In this document: positions 1-13,300 of the stretch, piece after piece | Layout of the letters: each line of letters begins with the position of its first letter | Numbering within the stretch: position 1 is the first letter of the stretch | Origin: Tubiluchus corallicola | Lineage: Eukaryota; Animalia; Priapulida | Direction of reading: 5' to 3' | DNA: 64,000 nt | Assembly: GCA_030141605.1 (NCBI GenBank) | Contig: JAQGDQ010001036.1 | Span: 1 to 64,000 of the forward strand | Program-made: the position numbers and the translations under genes | The notes under the pieces: model-generated | Seen by the model: only the letters and a program-made list of their open reading frames with translations | Told to the model about the DNA's origin: nothing | Database searches by the model: none

Positions 1-466
1 TGAGCTGAGATAAGATTCAATGAGATTGTTTATTGAGATGAAATGAGGTTGAGTGAGATTGTTTAGTGAGATGAGATGAGGTTAAGTGAGATTGTTTAGT
101 GAGATGAGATGAGGTTGAGTGAGATTGTTTAGTGAGATGAGATGAGATTGAGTGAGATTGTTTAGTGAGATGAGATGAGGTTGAGTGAGATTGTTTAGTG
201 AGATGAGATGAGGTTGAGTGAGATTGTTTAGTGAGATGAGATGAGGTTGAGTGAGATTGTTTAGTGAGATGAAATGAGGTTGAGTGAGATGTGGGTTGGT
301 GTTGTTTAGTGAGATGAAATGGGATTGAGTGAGATTGTTTAGTGAGATGAAGTGAGGTTAGTGAGATTGTTTAGTGAGATGAAATGAGGTTGGTGGTTGT
401 TTAGTGAGATGAAATGAGGTTGAGTGAGATTGTTTAGTGGATGAAATGAGGTTTAGTGGGATGAAA
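1..466 (-). repeat. 33-bp satellite in inverted orientation; mirror of 2630-3141
   Basis: Unit ATGAAATGAGGTTGAGTGAGATTGTTTAGTGAG; carries the rare unit variants of 2630-3141 in mirrored order. Confidence 0.9.
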
Positions 467-1292
467 AACCGGCATACAAAGCTTTAAAACCGTAAAACTT
501 TGTAGAATCCTAGAACCACACTCAGGTGATTAATTCTGTTTATGGATCCAAATGAAAATCAACAAATATGGCCATTATTGCCAAGATGGCCGACAAAACA
601 TGGCTTTGTAGCTTATGAAGGCTATATCATAGCTATTACAACCGGAGTGATGATGATTTTGGTGTCTAAATATAGGTTTCAAGGTCAGGGAATCCGTGTA
701 ACATCTTAGCGTTACTGTACACGGCCTTTTGCTGCACATATATTTCAAATGCAGCCATATTTGTGGCCATTTTGAAATCCTTATATTGGAATGATATCAC
801 ATGAGCAATTTAAGGATTCTTTATCTACCAGACCTAAAATTAAACAGCAAAAATTATCATCATTCCAGCACTAATGGGGCCTTTACGAACTAATGGCAGG
901 AATTTGTCACTAAAAATAAGCTCTTACAGTTGGCTTTTAATAGAATTTGAAATAAATAAAAAATTAACTTCTTTCACAATTTTGTCTTTTTCCAAAAAAC
1001 GGTCTAAAATCGAGAGTCGACCATTTTGCGATGTCGATTGTGGAAATTTTCTTTAATATGCAAGAATGACAGTAATGGCAACTAATAGTTTCTTTAGTCA
1101 GCCCAAATACTGCACAACAAGAACAGAAACCTTTCCAGGGACTGGACTGTTAATGGCATTTGTCCAGAAAACTGAATATAAACAGAAGGAGTTGTTGACA
1201 GCGGGAACTGAAACGAATCACGTGCCGTGGCGTCGTGAAGCTACACCTATTGATTCAATTCGTCCTATCTAATGACTAATAAAGATGCGAAA

Positions 1293-1380
1293 CTACAGAT
1301 TGGGCTTTGTCCACTTGTACGTCCCGGTGAAGCGAAACCCGGCTCGCTGACACAAATCATCGGCTTCTTTTGGGCCTCGA
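1293..1380 (-). CDS. G6PD: G6PD terminal coding exon 12 (left copy)
   Basis: 88 bp, (S)[28 protein letters not shown] then TAG stop; acceptor ttttttgcag. Confidence 0.94.
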
Positions 1381-4300
1381 CTGCAAAAAAGAAAATGAAG
1401 GTATGTTTCGAGAGTTTATAGTGGTGTTTATTGCTTACTAAACAATCTCACTCAACCTTACTTCATCTCACTAAACAATCTCACTCAACCTTATCTCATA
1501 TCACTAAACAATCTCACTCAATCCTATTTCAACTCACTCAACCTTATCTCATCTCACTAAACAATCTCACTCAACCTTATTTCATCTCACTAAACAATCT
1601 CACTCAACCTCATCTCATCTCACTAAACAATCTCACTCAACCTTACTTCATCTCACTAAACAATCTCACTCAACCTCATCTCATATCACTAAACAATCTC
1701 ACTCAATCCTATTTCATCTCACTAAACAATCTCACTCAACCTCATTTCATCTCACTCAACCTCATCTCATATCACTAAACAATCTCACTCAACCTCATTT
1801 CATCTCACTCAACCTCATCTCATATCACTAAACAATCTCACTCAACCTCATTTCATCTCACTAAACAATCTCACTCAACCTCATTTCATCTCACTAAACA
1901 ATCTCACTCAACCTCATTTCATCTCACTAAACAATCTCACTCAACCTCATTTCATCTCACTAAACAATCTCACTCAACCTCATTTCATCTCACTAAACAA
2001 TCTCACTCAACCTCATTTCATCTCACTAAACAATCTCACTCAACCTTATCTCATATCACTAAACAATCTCACTCAACCTTATCTCATATCACTAAACAAT
2101 CTCACTCAACCTTATCTCATATCACTAAACAATCTCACTCAACCTTATCTCATATCACTAAACAATCTCACTCAACCTTATCTCATATCACTAAACAATC
2201 TCACTCAATTCTATTTCATCTCACTAAACAATCTCACTCAACCTTATTTCATCTCACTAAACAATCTCACTCAATCCTATTTCATCTGACTAAACAATCT
2301 CACTCAACCTCATTTCATCTCACTAAACAATCTCACTCAACCTCATTTCATCTCACTAAACAATCTCACTCAACCTTATCTCATATCACTAAACAATCTC
2401 ACTCAACCTTATCTCATATCACTAAACAATCTCACTCAACCTCACTTCATCTCACTAAACAATCTCACTCAATCCTATTTCATCTCACTAAACAATCTCA
2501 CTCAACCTCATTTCATCTCACTCAACCTCATTTCATCTCACTAAACAATCTCACTCAACCTCATTTCATCTCACTAAACAATCTCACTCAACCTCATTTC
2601 ATCTCACTAAACAATCTCACTCAACCTCATTTCATCCCACTAAACCTCATTTCATCTCACTAAACAATCTCACTCAACCTCATTTCATCTCACTAAACAA
2701 TCTCACTCAACCTCATTTCATCTCACTAAACAATCTCACTCTACCTCACTTCATCTCACTAAACAATCTCACTCAATCCTATTTCATCTCACTAAACAAT
2801 CTCACTCAACCTCATTTCATCTCACTCAACCTCATTTCATCTCACTAAACAATCTCACTCAACCTCATTTCATCTCACTAAACAATCTCACTCAACCTCA
2901 TTTCATCTCACTAAACAATCTCACTCAACCTCATTTCATCTCACTAAACAATCTCACTCAACCTCATTTCATCTCACTAAACAATCTCATTCAATCTCAT
3001 TTCATCTCACTAAACAATCTCACTCAACCTCATTTCATCTCACTAAACACTCTCACTTAACCTCATTTCATCTCACTAAACAATCTCACTCAACCTCATT
3101 TCATCTCAATAAACAATCTCATTGAATCTTATCTCAGCTCACTAAACAATCTCACTGAATCTTATCTCGGCTCACTAAACAATCTCACTGAATCTTATCT
3201 CAGCTCACTAAACAATCTCACTGAATCTTATCTCAGCTCACTAAACAATCTCACTGAATCTTATCTCAGCTCACTAAACAATCTCACTGAATCTTATCTC
3301 ATCTCACTAAACAATCTCACTGAATCTTATCTCAGCTCACTAAACAATCTCACTGAATCTTATCTCAGCTCACTAAACAATCTCACTGAATCTTATCTCA
3401 GCTCACTAAACAATCTCACTGAATCTTATCTCAGCTCACTAAACAATCTCACTGAATCTTATTTCAGCTCATTAAACAATAAACATTCAATTATCAAACA
3501 AGTAATCATGGAGTCTTGAGTTTAGGTTTCGCTACATAGCTGCAAGCTTTTGAGTTTTTCCCTACGCGACATTCAACAATAATTCATTGAAATTTCTTTA
3601 CAGCACAACAAAAAAACAAAAAAGGCAGCAAAGGGCAAGATCTCCATGCAGTGTCAAGCAGATGTTTAACATTTAGAACGCCTGATCATAAATAACTATG
3701 GAAGTTTTTGCTGAATCAATCAAAGCGGTTTATTTATGATATTTCAGCAATGATCAGGCTGAAATAACAACAACAAAATAATTACATATAATACTGCCAT
3801 ACCGCATAGAGCGTAAGTACAACTATAAATGTTTCGAATTATACTAATTTAAGAACTGTTCCTTTAATCACAAAAGTATAACTGCAAATAATATACCGTT
3901 CTAAATGTTAAACGTCTACTTGACACTGCATGGAGTTCTTATTGTTAAATGTGTTAGAAATTGCCTCCTGGCAAACGGCAATACGGGTGCTCTTCATATG
4001 CTGAATTCTTCGAGATCCTCTAATTAGGAATCATTAAAACAAATCCTCATTAAAGGGCATTATTAAGCAAGAAAAAATGCATAAATTTCACAGCACAAAA
4101 TCTGACGACTCTAAAGGAATTAAACGGAAAAAGATAATTCTTGCTGATTGGCCGCGCCAAATCATTTTGTTCTTCACGTATAAAATCTGTACGTTATAAT
4201 GCAACCTACCTTCCGTACACGTAGGGAACTGGCTTCACTTTTTCCCTCTCGATGCGATGCAGAAGAGGTGTGAATATTCTCCAGGCTTCGGCGAGCTCGT

Positions 4301-7300
4301 CCGTCCGCACAAAGTGCATTTGAGTTCCGCAAAACACATCAAGAATCAACCTCTCGTACGCGTCGGGCATGACCACACCCTGCAAGAATCACGAACAGGT
4401 GAGAAGGCGAAATTTCCATACCTTCAATTGCGTTTAATCATATGACGAAATTCAGAAGAAGAAGAAGCAAAGCCATTGTTCTGACGTCATCCATTATACT
4501 CTGTCTATAACTTTAATTCAGTAAAAGCTGCTGCTGGCTTTGCGTTAGGTAAGTAAACAAACACTAGGTAGGATGTTTGCGTATTTTTGATTACACGTGT
4601 ATTTATACGCAAAATTTTTTGCGAGGCCTTTGTTAGTTAATTAATTAATTAAACTGGGTCTGACTGTAAAAATGCAAAGCAAACAAAAAATATTCGTAAC
4701 TAGAATGCTAAAAGATTTCATTTGACTCTGCCAAGGCCAGAGGTCACACCTTGTAACGGCTGCCGTATGTCAGATCCAGTTCCGTTTCCTCAGCGCCAAA
4801 CGACATGCCGGGTGTCTTCGTCATCATCTTGCAGTAAACGGCCTCGTTGGGCTGCACACGTACGACCAGTTCGTTACGCTTCGTTGTCTGCTGAAATATG
4901 TCGCCCGGTACGTCTTTGAACTGGATGCGAATCTCCGCTTTTCGCTCGTTAAGTGCTGCGAAAAACACCAGGGATAAAAATTACAAATTGCAAAAAAGTC
5001 TGAAACAGGCCGTAGGCAGCAACAAATTGCAATTTTGTGACCATAGAGAACCTCTAAATGGACTTAAAATATCAGTTACCTTGTTTCATGCATAATTTAA
5101 AATACCCAACTATCAAGGATACATGATACCTAATTGTCTCAAAAATGCCTAAGTACTGGCCGCTCCTATGCAAAAGTATATAAAAACTGTCTGCAATTGA
5201 CTCAAATAACTCCGCACAATTAATTCTATATTTTTATACATAGAGATATACACGTGGTTACACTGATGTACGTGATGTAAACAAAGTGACGGCCTGCCAC
5301 CTAGCGGTCAGATTGTGAAATAATGTACTGGGTCAGTAAAAATTTTCTCAACGAATTTACGCGATTTACAAAAAAGGCACTACTGGTCTTCCAAAAACTC
5401 GGAATTTCGCGTATCCGCAGAAAATTCTCATCCCTGAAACACGAAAAGCTCAAATGCTATTTTCCACCAATCAATTTGTCATTGGGGCTTTTTGGAATCT
5501 AACGTTCCTAGGTAAAGTAACTGTCCGATGTGAGATGGTGTTCGTCGAAGCACTTGTAAAAGACACCCACATGACCGAGTAGCTCAGTATTTTCCCGTTT
5601 CTAAATAGATAAAAATTTGCCTCCAAATACCTCAACAAGTTCCAGTAAGATGACTTTTGTACACGGTGTACAAGCAATGAGTAAAATGGCCATTTTTGAG
5701 GGGGTTTTCCACTTCCTAGAGGTACTTGAGGGGGTCTTAGAGGCAAACTTATAAGTTTTTCAAAGGAAGAGAAACCGGATTATACGACGATGTGTGCCTT
5801 TTACAAATGCCTCTACCAGGATGAAGGTTTAAACGTTAGTTTGGGGAGGGCTATTTTTTCATGACTCATGACTTATTTCTCATTAAAAAAGATTCATTTC
5901 TCTTCAACAAAAACAAAAGAGCAGCTCTGATTAAATAATTAGGTTTCTCATGCCCATTTTCAAAAATAGGGCAGAAAGAGGACAAGAGGAGAAACACGGA
6001 GGAAAAGAGTCATCCCAACGTGTGCTATAATCTTCGTTAGTTTAAACATAATTTATTATAGGATTGGATCAGACAGTTTGAACAACATGATTTAGGGTAC
6101 TCACCACAACAGACTTTATACACTATTTACAAGAACATTTACAGTAAGACTAGACTATAACTACACAAGCTGACAAGTTTTACTACAAGATTACATTAGA
6201 CATTAGTAACATTTACAGTAAGAATAGACTATAACTACACAAGCTGACAAGTTTTACTACAAGATTACATTAGACATTAGTAACATTTACAGTAAGAACA
6301 GACTATAACTACACAAGCTGACAAATTTTACTACAAGATTACATTAGACATAAGTAGAAAATGACGGTTAGAAAGTATTAATGTACGAATATTTAAGACT
6401 GATGCGTTTCATATTAGATAGAACGTAACATAAAGTCATGTATGCATTGGAATACTTTACAGTTAGCAACATAGTTAAATTCATCTTTTCCGAAAAATAA
6501 CAACTTCAACAGATCATTAGTTCCTGGGTCATTAGACCATTGATTAATCTTCGTTAATCAATACAGAAATGCACTTTCTTACTGAGGCAACTACTTTTTA
6601 AAACAAACATTTCTATTATCACAAAAGTTCAAGAGTTTACTCATTTCCACACTGCATCATTAAAATACTTGCTGTCCATCCACAAACCAATGACGACAAT
6701 TGAAGGTGACCAGTGGTCACAGTTTCATGCTACTGAATCTGCTTAATACAGCGTGATTACTTTTGCCACACAGGAGGACAAAGAGGGAAGAAAAACCTCA
6801 TCCCAATGTCTGTTGTAATATTTGTTAATCAATACAGAAATGCACTTTCTTACTTTTTTTAAAACAAACATCTGTTGCCACAAACATGAACTGCTGTCCA
6901 ATTATAAACAAGTGACGTCAAATCAAGGTGACCAGTAATTCAGGGATGAGAATGACAAATTGCAAAAAACTCTGAAACAGGCCGGGGGGTTTGAGGGCCG
7001 CGTACGCCATAGAGAACCTCTAAGTGGACTTAAAATATCAATTACCTTGTTTCATGCATAATTCAAAATATCCAACTATCAAGGATACATGATACCTAAT
7101 TGTCTCAAAAACACCTAAGTACTGGCCGCTCTTATGCAAAAGTATATCAAAGCTGTCTGCAATTGACTCAAATAACAATAATGGCACTACTGGTCTTCCA
7201 AAAACTTGGAATTCCGCATATCAGTGGAAAATTCTCATCCCTGCTAATTACAGTTTCATGCTACTGAATCTGCTGAATACAGCATGATTACCTTTCCCAC

Positions 7301-10300
7301 AGCGCATAATGAACGGCACTCCCTCCCATCTCTCGTTATTGATGTACCCGACAACAGTAGCATACGTGGGTGTGACGGAGCCTGAAAGAAGAGGGCGCTT
7401 TTTTAATTACGAAAGCAAAAACGCCAGTGAATAGTGAAATCAAAGCAACATTTACCAAAAAAGAATTGACCTTTTGGCTATGTTTGACATTTTAATTGTA
7501 GCATTCACAAATTGTGAGGTGTGCCTTAACCAGTCAGTTTAGTTGTCAGACATTAATAAGCCTTTTCACTGTTCCAGCGATTGATGACAATCGTGAAAAG
7601 GTCAAAGGTTAAGTGCACCAGACAACTTACTTGTGTGCACACTTGACATGCCTCGCAGCCCATGCTACTATAACAATAACAGTTTTAACATATTTTAACA
7701 GCTAGCTAGAGCTTTACCTAGTTCATTTTTTCTTGTTACCAAGCAAGATCCTGCTAGTAAATCATTCTACGCACAGACTAATGCAAAATTAAGTCAAGTT
7801 TACGTAAAACAACTGAAGTTACTAAACTGACACGGCAGCCGGATTTGTTTCACACGCACATTACATGATGGTTTAGTAAAGACGTGTTGCTGTGGAATGC
7901 TTAACCTTTCACCTACAGCAATTTCATGTGCGCACAACGAAACTGTGAAAAGTTCTTATTGTTCTCTATTCCACCTAAACCAACAAATACATTGCTAAAG
8001 ACATAGAAATGTACCACTAAGAACCTTTTATATCAAACTGTTCAGAATTTCTGACAGTCATATCACAATTATAAACAGTAAGTTGTTAAGCACGACGAAT
8101 ACAAAAATGCAGTACTAAAGTCCACACACACAACTCATTTACCATATCCTTAAAATTCCCAATAATAACAATAATAGATATGTATGCTGGCATGGCAAAA
8201 ATGTGAATAATTTGGCAGTTAAACTTTTCTAGTTATTCACATGTGCTGAATCGCCATTTCATGAGAATCATTTTGATACCAAGCTCATCGCTTTAGCTTA
8301 TTTCTAAGCTGAAATAATCCACATTGAAGTTGAGGTGTAGTCTCTGCAGTGAAAAACATAATCTTGAGAAAACTGCTCATTATCATTGTTTTGTATCAGG
8401 CTTCTCCAAAAACACTTAGCAGCTGTACAAAAGTTTGGTTGCTAAGGACTACGCAAGAACACATTCAGCTTATGTTTAAATCCTGTAGATGGCTCTTTCA
8501 GACAAAGATCTGGGCTTGATAACAGAAAAACAAATGTGGTCACAGGTCACACATTATTGATCTACCTTTGGGTACGGTGGGGTCATCTAGGTAGCCCTCC
8601 TTCTCGTCACCTTGCCCGTTAGGATTACCAACATACTGACCGAGCACAGTGTTGCTTAACTGTAAAGCAGGCATGCTCTTCAAAACCTTTACCTGCGCAA
8701 AAGAACAATACTGTGAATTTCTGGATTAGTTTCCATTGAAATACTGTTGAAGTTATAAATCAGACACTAATTCATACTACTTTAGGCCATTCAAAATAAG
8801 TCTTATAAGACCCGCGACTTTTTTGTTACCGTATGGGCACAGACATAACTAAATTATTACAAATTAGGTATTATTCTATTCAGGAGAATCTCGACTATCC
8901 AATCACCTTGTTTGTTTAAACATTTACAAGTGATTTAATTGGATAAAATGAAGACATACATGCCCTTTTCAGGCACTCCAACTTAGCCTATCGAGTAGCT
9001 TAGTCTGGTGTACGCTTGCATAGTACATACTAATTTGTTGATCAGCTGCTTGCTGCAGTTCAAGAGAATCATCTGCTGTGCAGAGTTCCAAGAAAAATCA
9101 ACTGATCGGCCAGGGAGAAATTAAGGTCATTTCATCTTTTAACAGGAATTTCTCCTTAAAAATAGAGTAGACTTGAGGCCAATGCATATCAGAGTGTTGT
9201 GTCTGGATGGCTGAAATTTTCTACATTAGCTGATTTCACTGTTAGTGATACTGTACATTGTTAAAGTGCAAACACTGCGGTTACTGAAAGCTTTCCATCA
9301 CATATTGATTTTTAATATGTCTAAGATAAGGAAATGCATTTCATACATAATTTTGCACGAAAATCCATTGTGTGAGGAGTAGAAACCTACAAAAATAATC
9401 AAGTATAGTTGCTGCTTGGTAAGAGCAGTTTTTCACGAACCCCGTGCAAAATGAAGCAAACTTATGGTCCCGAAGGAGTGAATATTGAAGCATTACTGTG
9501 CACTCATAGTGAAGAGAAATCATGCCATTCAAGGCCCATTTTACGCTACAACAGATACACACACGTGTGACGAAGCACAACAAACTTGAGGATTGGCACC
9601 TTTTCATTTCGAATGTCATCTGCCGATGTGGATGCTGGCTTCTCCATGGCAACCAAGGTCAGCATCTGGAGCACATGATTCTGCATTACGTCCCTGAGCA
9701 GAAATGTAAAGGAAAATCCTATTAGGGATTTTTCAATTTCAAGCAAGCAAAACACTGAAAATCAGCAAAATTTTATCAATATACTGTAAGTATTGTTAGA
9801 AATTAAGTGCTTTCACGTTTACGTTTTAAAATATTGAAAGGAAACATACTATTTTTTTTCAAAAATGACTTACGTCATTTACCACACAAACAAACTTTCA
9901 CGTTCGCACCACTAGTTCTTCGCTGTTACAGGTATTTCACTATTTGCTAGTTAGACGGGCTCTAGCGCCTGCATTTCAGAAACGTATTGCACAAAAAACA
10001 TGTGCTGTACCTCTCAGTTCAGGTGTGTTAGTTTGTGACGAACTACACATGTTTGACAGCTCATGCATGAACGCAGCAGAAAATTTAAAATTTGAATTTT
10101 TATCTTCAAACTTGCCTAGTTTTAGTACAACACTACGAATATCTTACAGTAGCACTGTACTTCAATTTTCGCTTTCGCAAACACGTGCAATACGCTCGTG
10201 GAATATTTTTGCAGTTGAAAATTATTTTTGTTTTTGATGTCATCAATAGTTGGACTCACCCGCCGTTAATTAAGTTTTTAATCTATTATTTAATTATCAG

Positions 10301-13300
10301 AAACACTTTTTCAGTATTAATCGTGTTAAAATGCATACTTTTTATCGGACTTGAAAAACGGGGTAGTGTATGAAAAATCATCCTGTCTTCTTTTAAGGAA
10401 TAGTGCTTTAGCAACAAAATTAATATAATAAGAGCGTAAAACTAATACTATTACATAATAGAAATGATAAATCACTGACTAAAAAATTCATACCTGATTA
10501 TTCCGAATTCGTCAAAATAGCCGCCACGCCCCTGAGTGCCAAATGGCTCTTTGAAACTTAATGTAATGGCAGCTATGGAGTCTCTGTTCCAGACTGGTCC
10601 CCAAATTCTATTGCCAAACCTTAAAATGCAAAAAAAAATTCCATTTGCTTACGAGTTCTTGTGAAGCTGTACTGGTTCTTGTCTGATCAGTGAAGTTAAG
10701 CAAAATAGAGCCTGCTTAGTACTTGGATGTGTGATCGCCTAAGAATACCAGGTGCTGTAGGCTATGCTTACGCTGTTAGCCGCAGATAGGAGTGGATGGA
10801 ATACTCTGATAAGTGTTGATACGTCAATGTCTACAATAGATGGAATGAGAATTTGAAGAAGAAGAAGAGAATGTTAGAGCGGAGTGTGCGAGTGGACACC
10901 AGTGGGATTCGAACCTGAAACCCCTGGACAGCCAAGTGCCGTACCTCGCAAGCTGTTACGAAAATGCCAACAGGTCTGACTTACCAGCTTGCAATGTCAT
11001 GTATCTCATTTCAAATTGACATGGCAGAACTCTACGCAATTTTCTACACAGGTTAAAAACAATAAGAAACAAACCCTCCTACCTATCAATGGTATTAGCG
11101 TACGTCTCGTACGAAATGCAACTTTTCTGCTGCATTGCCAAAAAACAGGGATGAGAATGACAAATTGCAAAAAACTCTGAAACACAGAAATTTTCTCAAC
11201 GAATTTACGCGATTTACAAAAATGGCACTACTGGTCTTCCAAAAACTCGGAATTCTGTATATCCGCAGAAAATTCCCATCCCTGAAAAAAGGCTAAAGCT
11301 ACACATGCAATGATGCATTTCCAAAAATCATTATTTTCCCATTATGATCAATCAATGCTAATGCACCAATTTTGTGCAAAGTATTCCCTGATAGCTTTGG
11401 CGACACAAAACCCCGCCGCATCTAAGAACGTTGCTATGGCAACGAACGCACCTGAGTATCATGAGATTCTGCACCATCTCCTTCCCGAGGTAGTGGTCAA
11501 TCCTGTACAGCTGTTCCTCCGTGAACAGAGCAGAGAGGTGATTCGACAGTTTGGAGGACGATTCAAGGTCCTTTCCAAATGGCTTCTCGACGATGACTCG
11601 TGTCCAACCTCTGTAATGCAATGTTATTAAAGTTATAATTCCCATCTTTCATGCTGCTCAAGGTCAACCAACAATAAAGATTTCTGCAACATTATAAGCT
11701 TTCAGATAAAATGACCTCTAGTATACAAAAGATTAGATTATAAAAGTACATTTATTCACTTCATAGCAATATTTATAGTTTTTGCAAACCCAAATATACC
11801 GTATCACACACACTATAAGATGTCTTATATTGCGTTCACACCAGCGAATTTTCCGTAGCAAGTTTTCTCTTCGACAGCAAACTCGCAAGTGTAAACTACA
11901 CCTCCATGATTTCCACTGTTGCCATCACCACTGCTGCTGTCCACCACCGCCATCAAGAGTACTGCCATTTTCATCAACACGAGCTTCATCGCATCATTTA
12001 AAAAGTAGATTTACTTTGTGTGGCGTAATTCAAAGCACATTGCAAAATACAGGATCGAAAACAAAACTCACAACACAGCAGACTGCAGCACACATTCAGC
12101 AATAACAGCAATCTTTTCTGCAATTTTTTTTCAATTCAATTCAAAACGTGCATTTATTTCCATACTCATGATATAACTGAGGCAAGTAAATGTATTTAAA
12201 TATCACAATGGAAATAGGATGGTGAAAGACCAAGAAGCTCAACTAGTCACTAGTTTTAACCCACGTTTTTGTGATAACCCACATTTTTGGCTATAGCCAT
12301 TTTGTGGCCAAAACATTAGCTTTCTGGCCAACAGAGGACAGCACCACTGTTTATCTTCACAAGTCTGATTCAAAAAGAGTGCTTGACATGCACAGGTATC
12401 ATTACTACTTGTATACATGTCAGTTAATCAGCATATTAAGCATGACGGTATAGTCTCGTCATACAGGCCAGTCAGAATAGCAATTTGAATAACAAATGTG
12501 CAAGAGAACAACCACAGAATCAAACCAAGCGACCGAAATCTATATGCTACTATGTGCAAAAACAGGAATCATTACGACATTTCAAATTAACAGCAAAACA
12601 AAGTAAACTGAGAGACAACAAATTACGTCACGTTAGCCTGCGGTGCCATCAAAGATTTCCGCTCTCTCTCTTCTCTACCACAGAATTTAAGAGCGTAAAA
12701 CAGTTAGATTGTACAACAACAACAACTACAACAATGTTGCATTCAACTTATTATTATTTTGTGCGGGTGTCAACTCTTTCTACCGTGCATTTTGCATTGC
12801 GGTGAGAAGGAGTTTGAAAGCAACACGAACTTGCCGTAAAACTCACCTGTCCGATGTCGAACTAACAGAAATGGAAATAAATAATCTTCAGTAAAAGAAC
12901 AAGAATTTTTCGTAAATTTTTCGTAAAAACAAGAATGAACAGAAAATGTGTAAGAAAAGAGGAAAAAGCATTGAAGAACTTGCTAAATGTGTTTGAACAG
13001 ATGGAAAAGTATTGAAGAACTTGCTAAATGTGTATGAACAGGTGGAAAAGTATTGAAGAACTTGCTAAATGTGTATGAACAGGTGGAAAAGTATTGAAGA
13101 ACTTGCTAAATGTGTATGAACAGGTGGAAAAGTATTGAAGAACTTGCTAAATGTGTATGAACAGGTGGAAAAGTATTGAAGAACTTGCTAAATGTGTATG
13201 AACAGGTGGAAAAGTATTGAAGAACTTGCTAAATGTGTATGAACAGGTAGAAAAGTATTTAAGAACTTGCTAAATGTGTATGAACAGATGGAAAAGTATT

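Noticed and set aside
467-1140. Possible non-autonomous DNA transposon downstream of the G6PD stop
   Set aside because: It has repeat-like ggccattttg/aagatggcc motifs, but no TIR pair or TSD could be defined.
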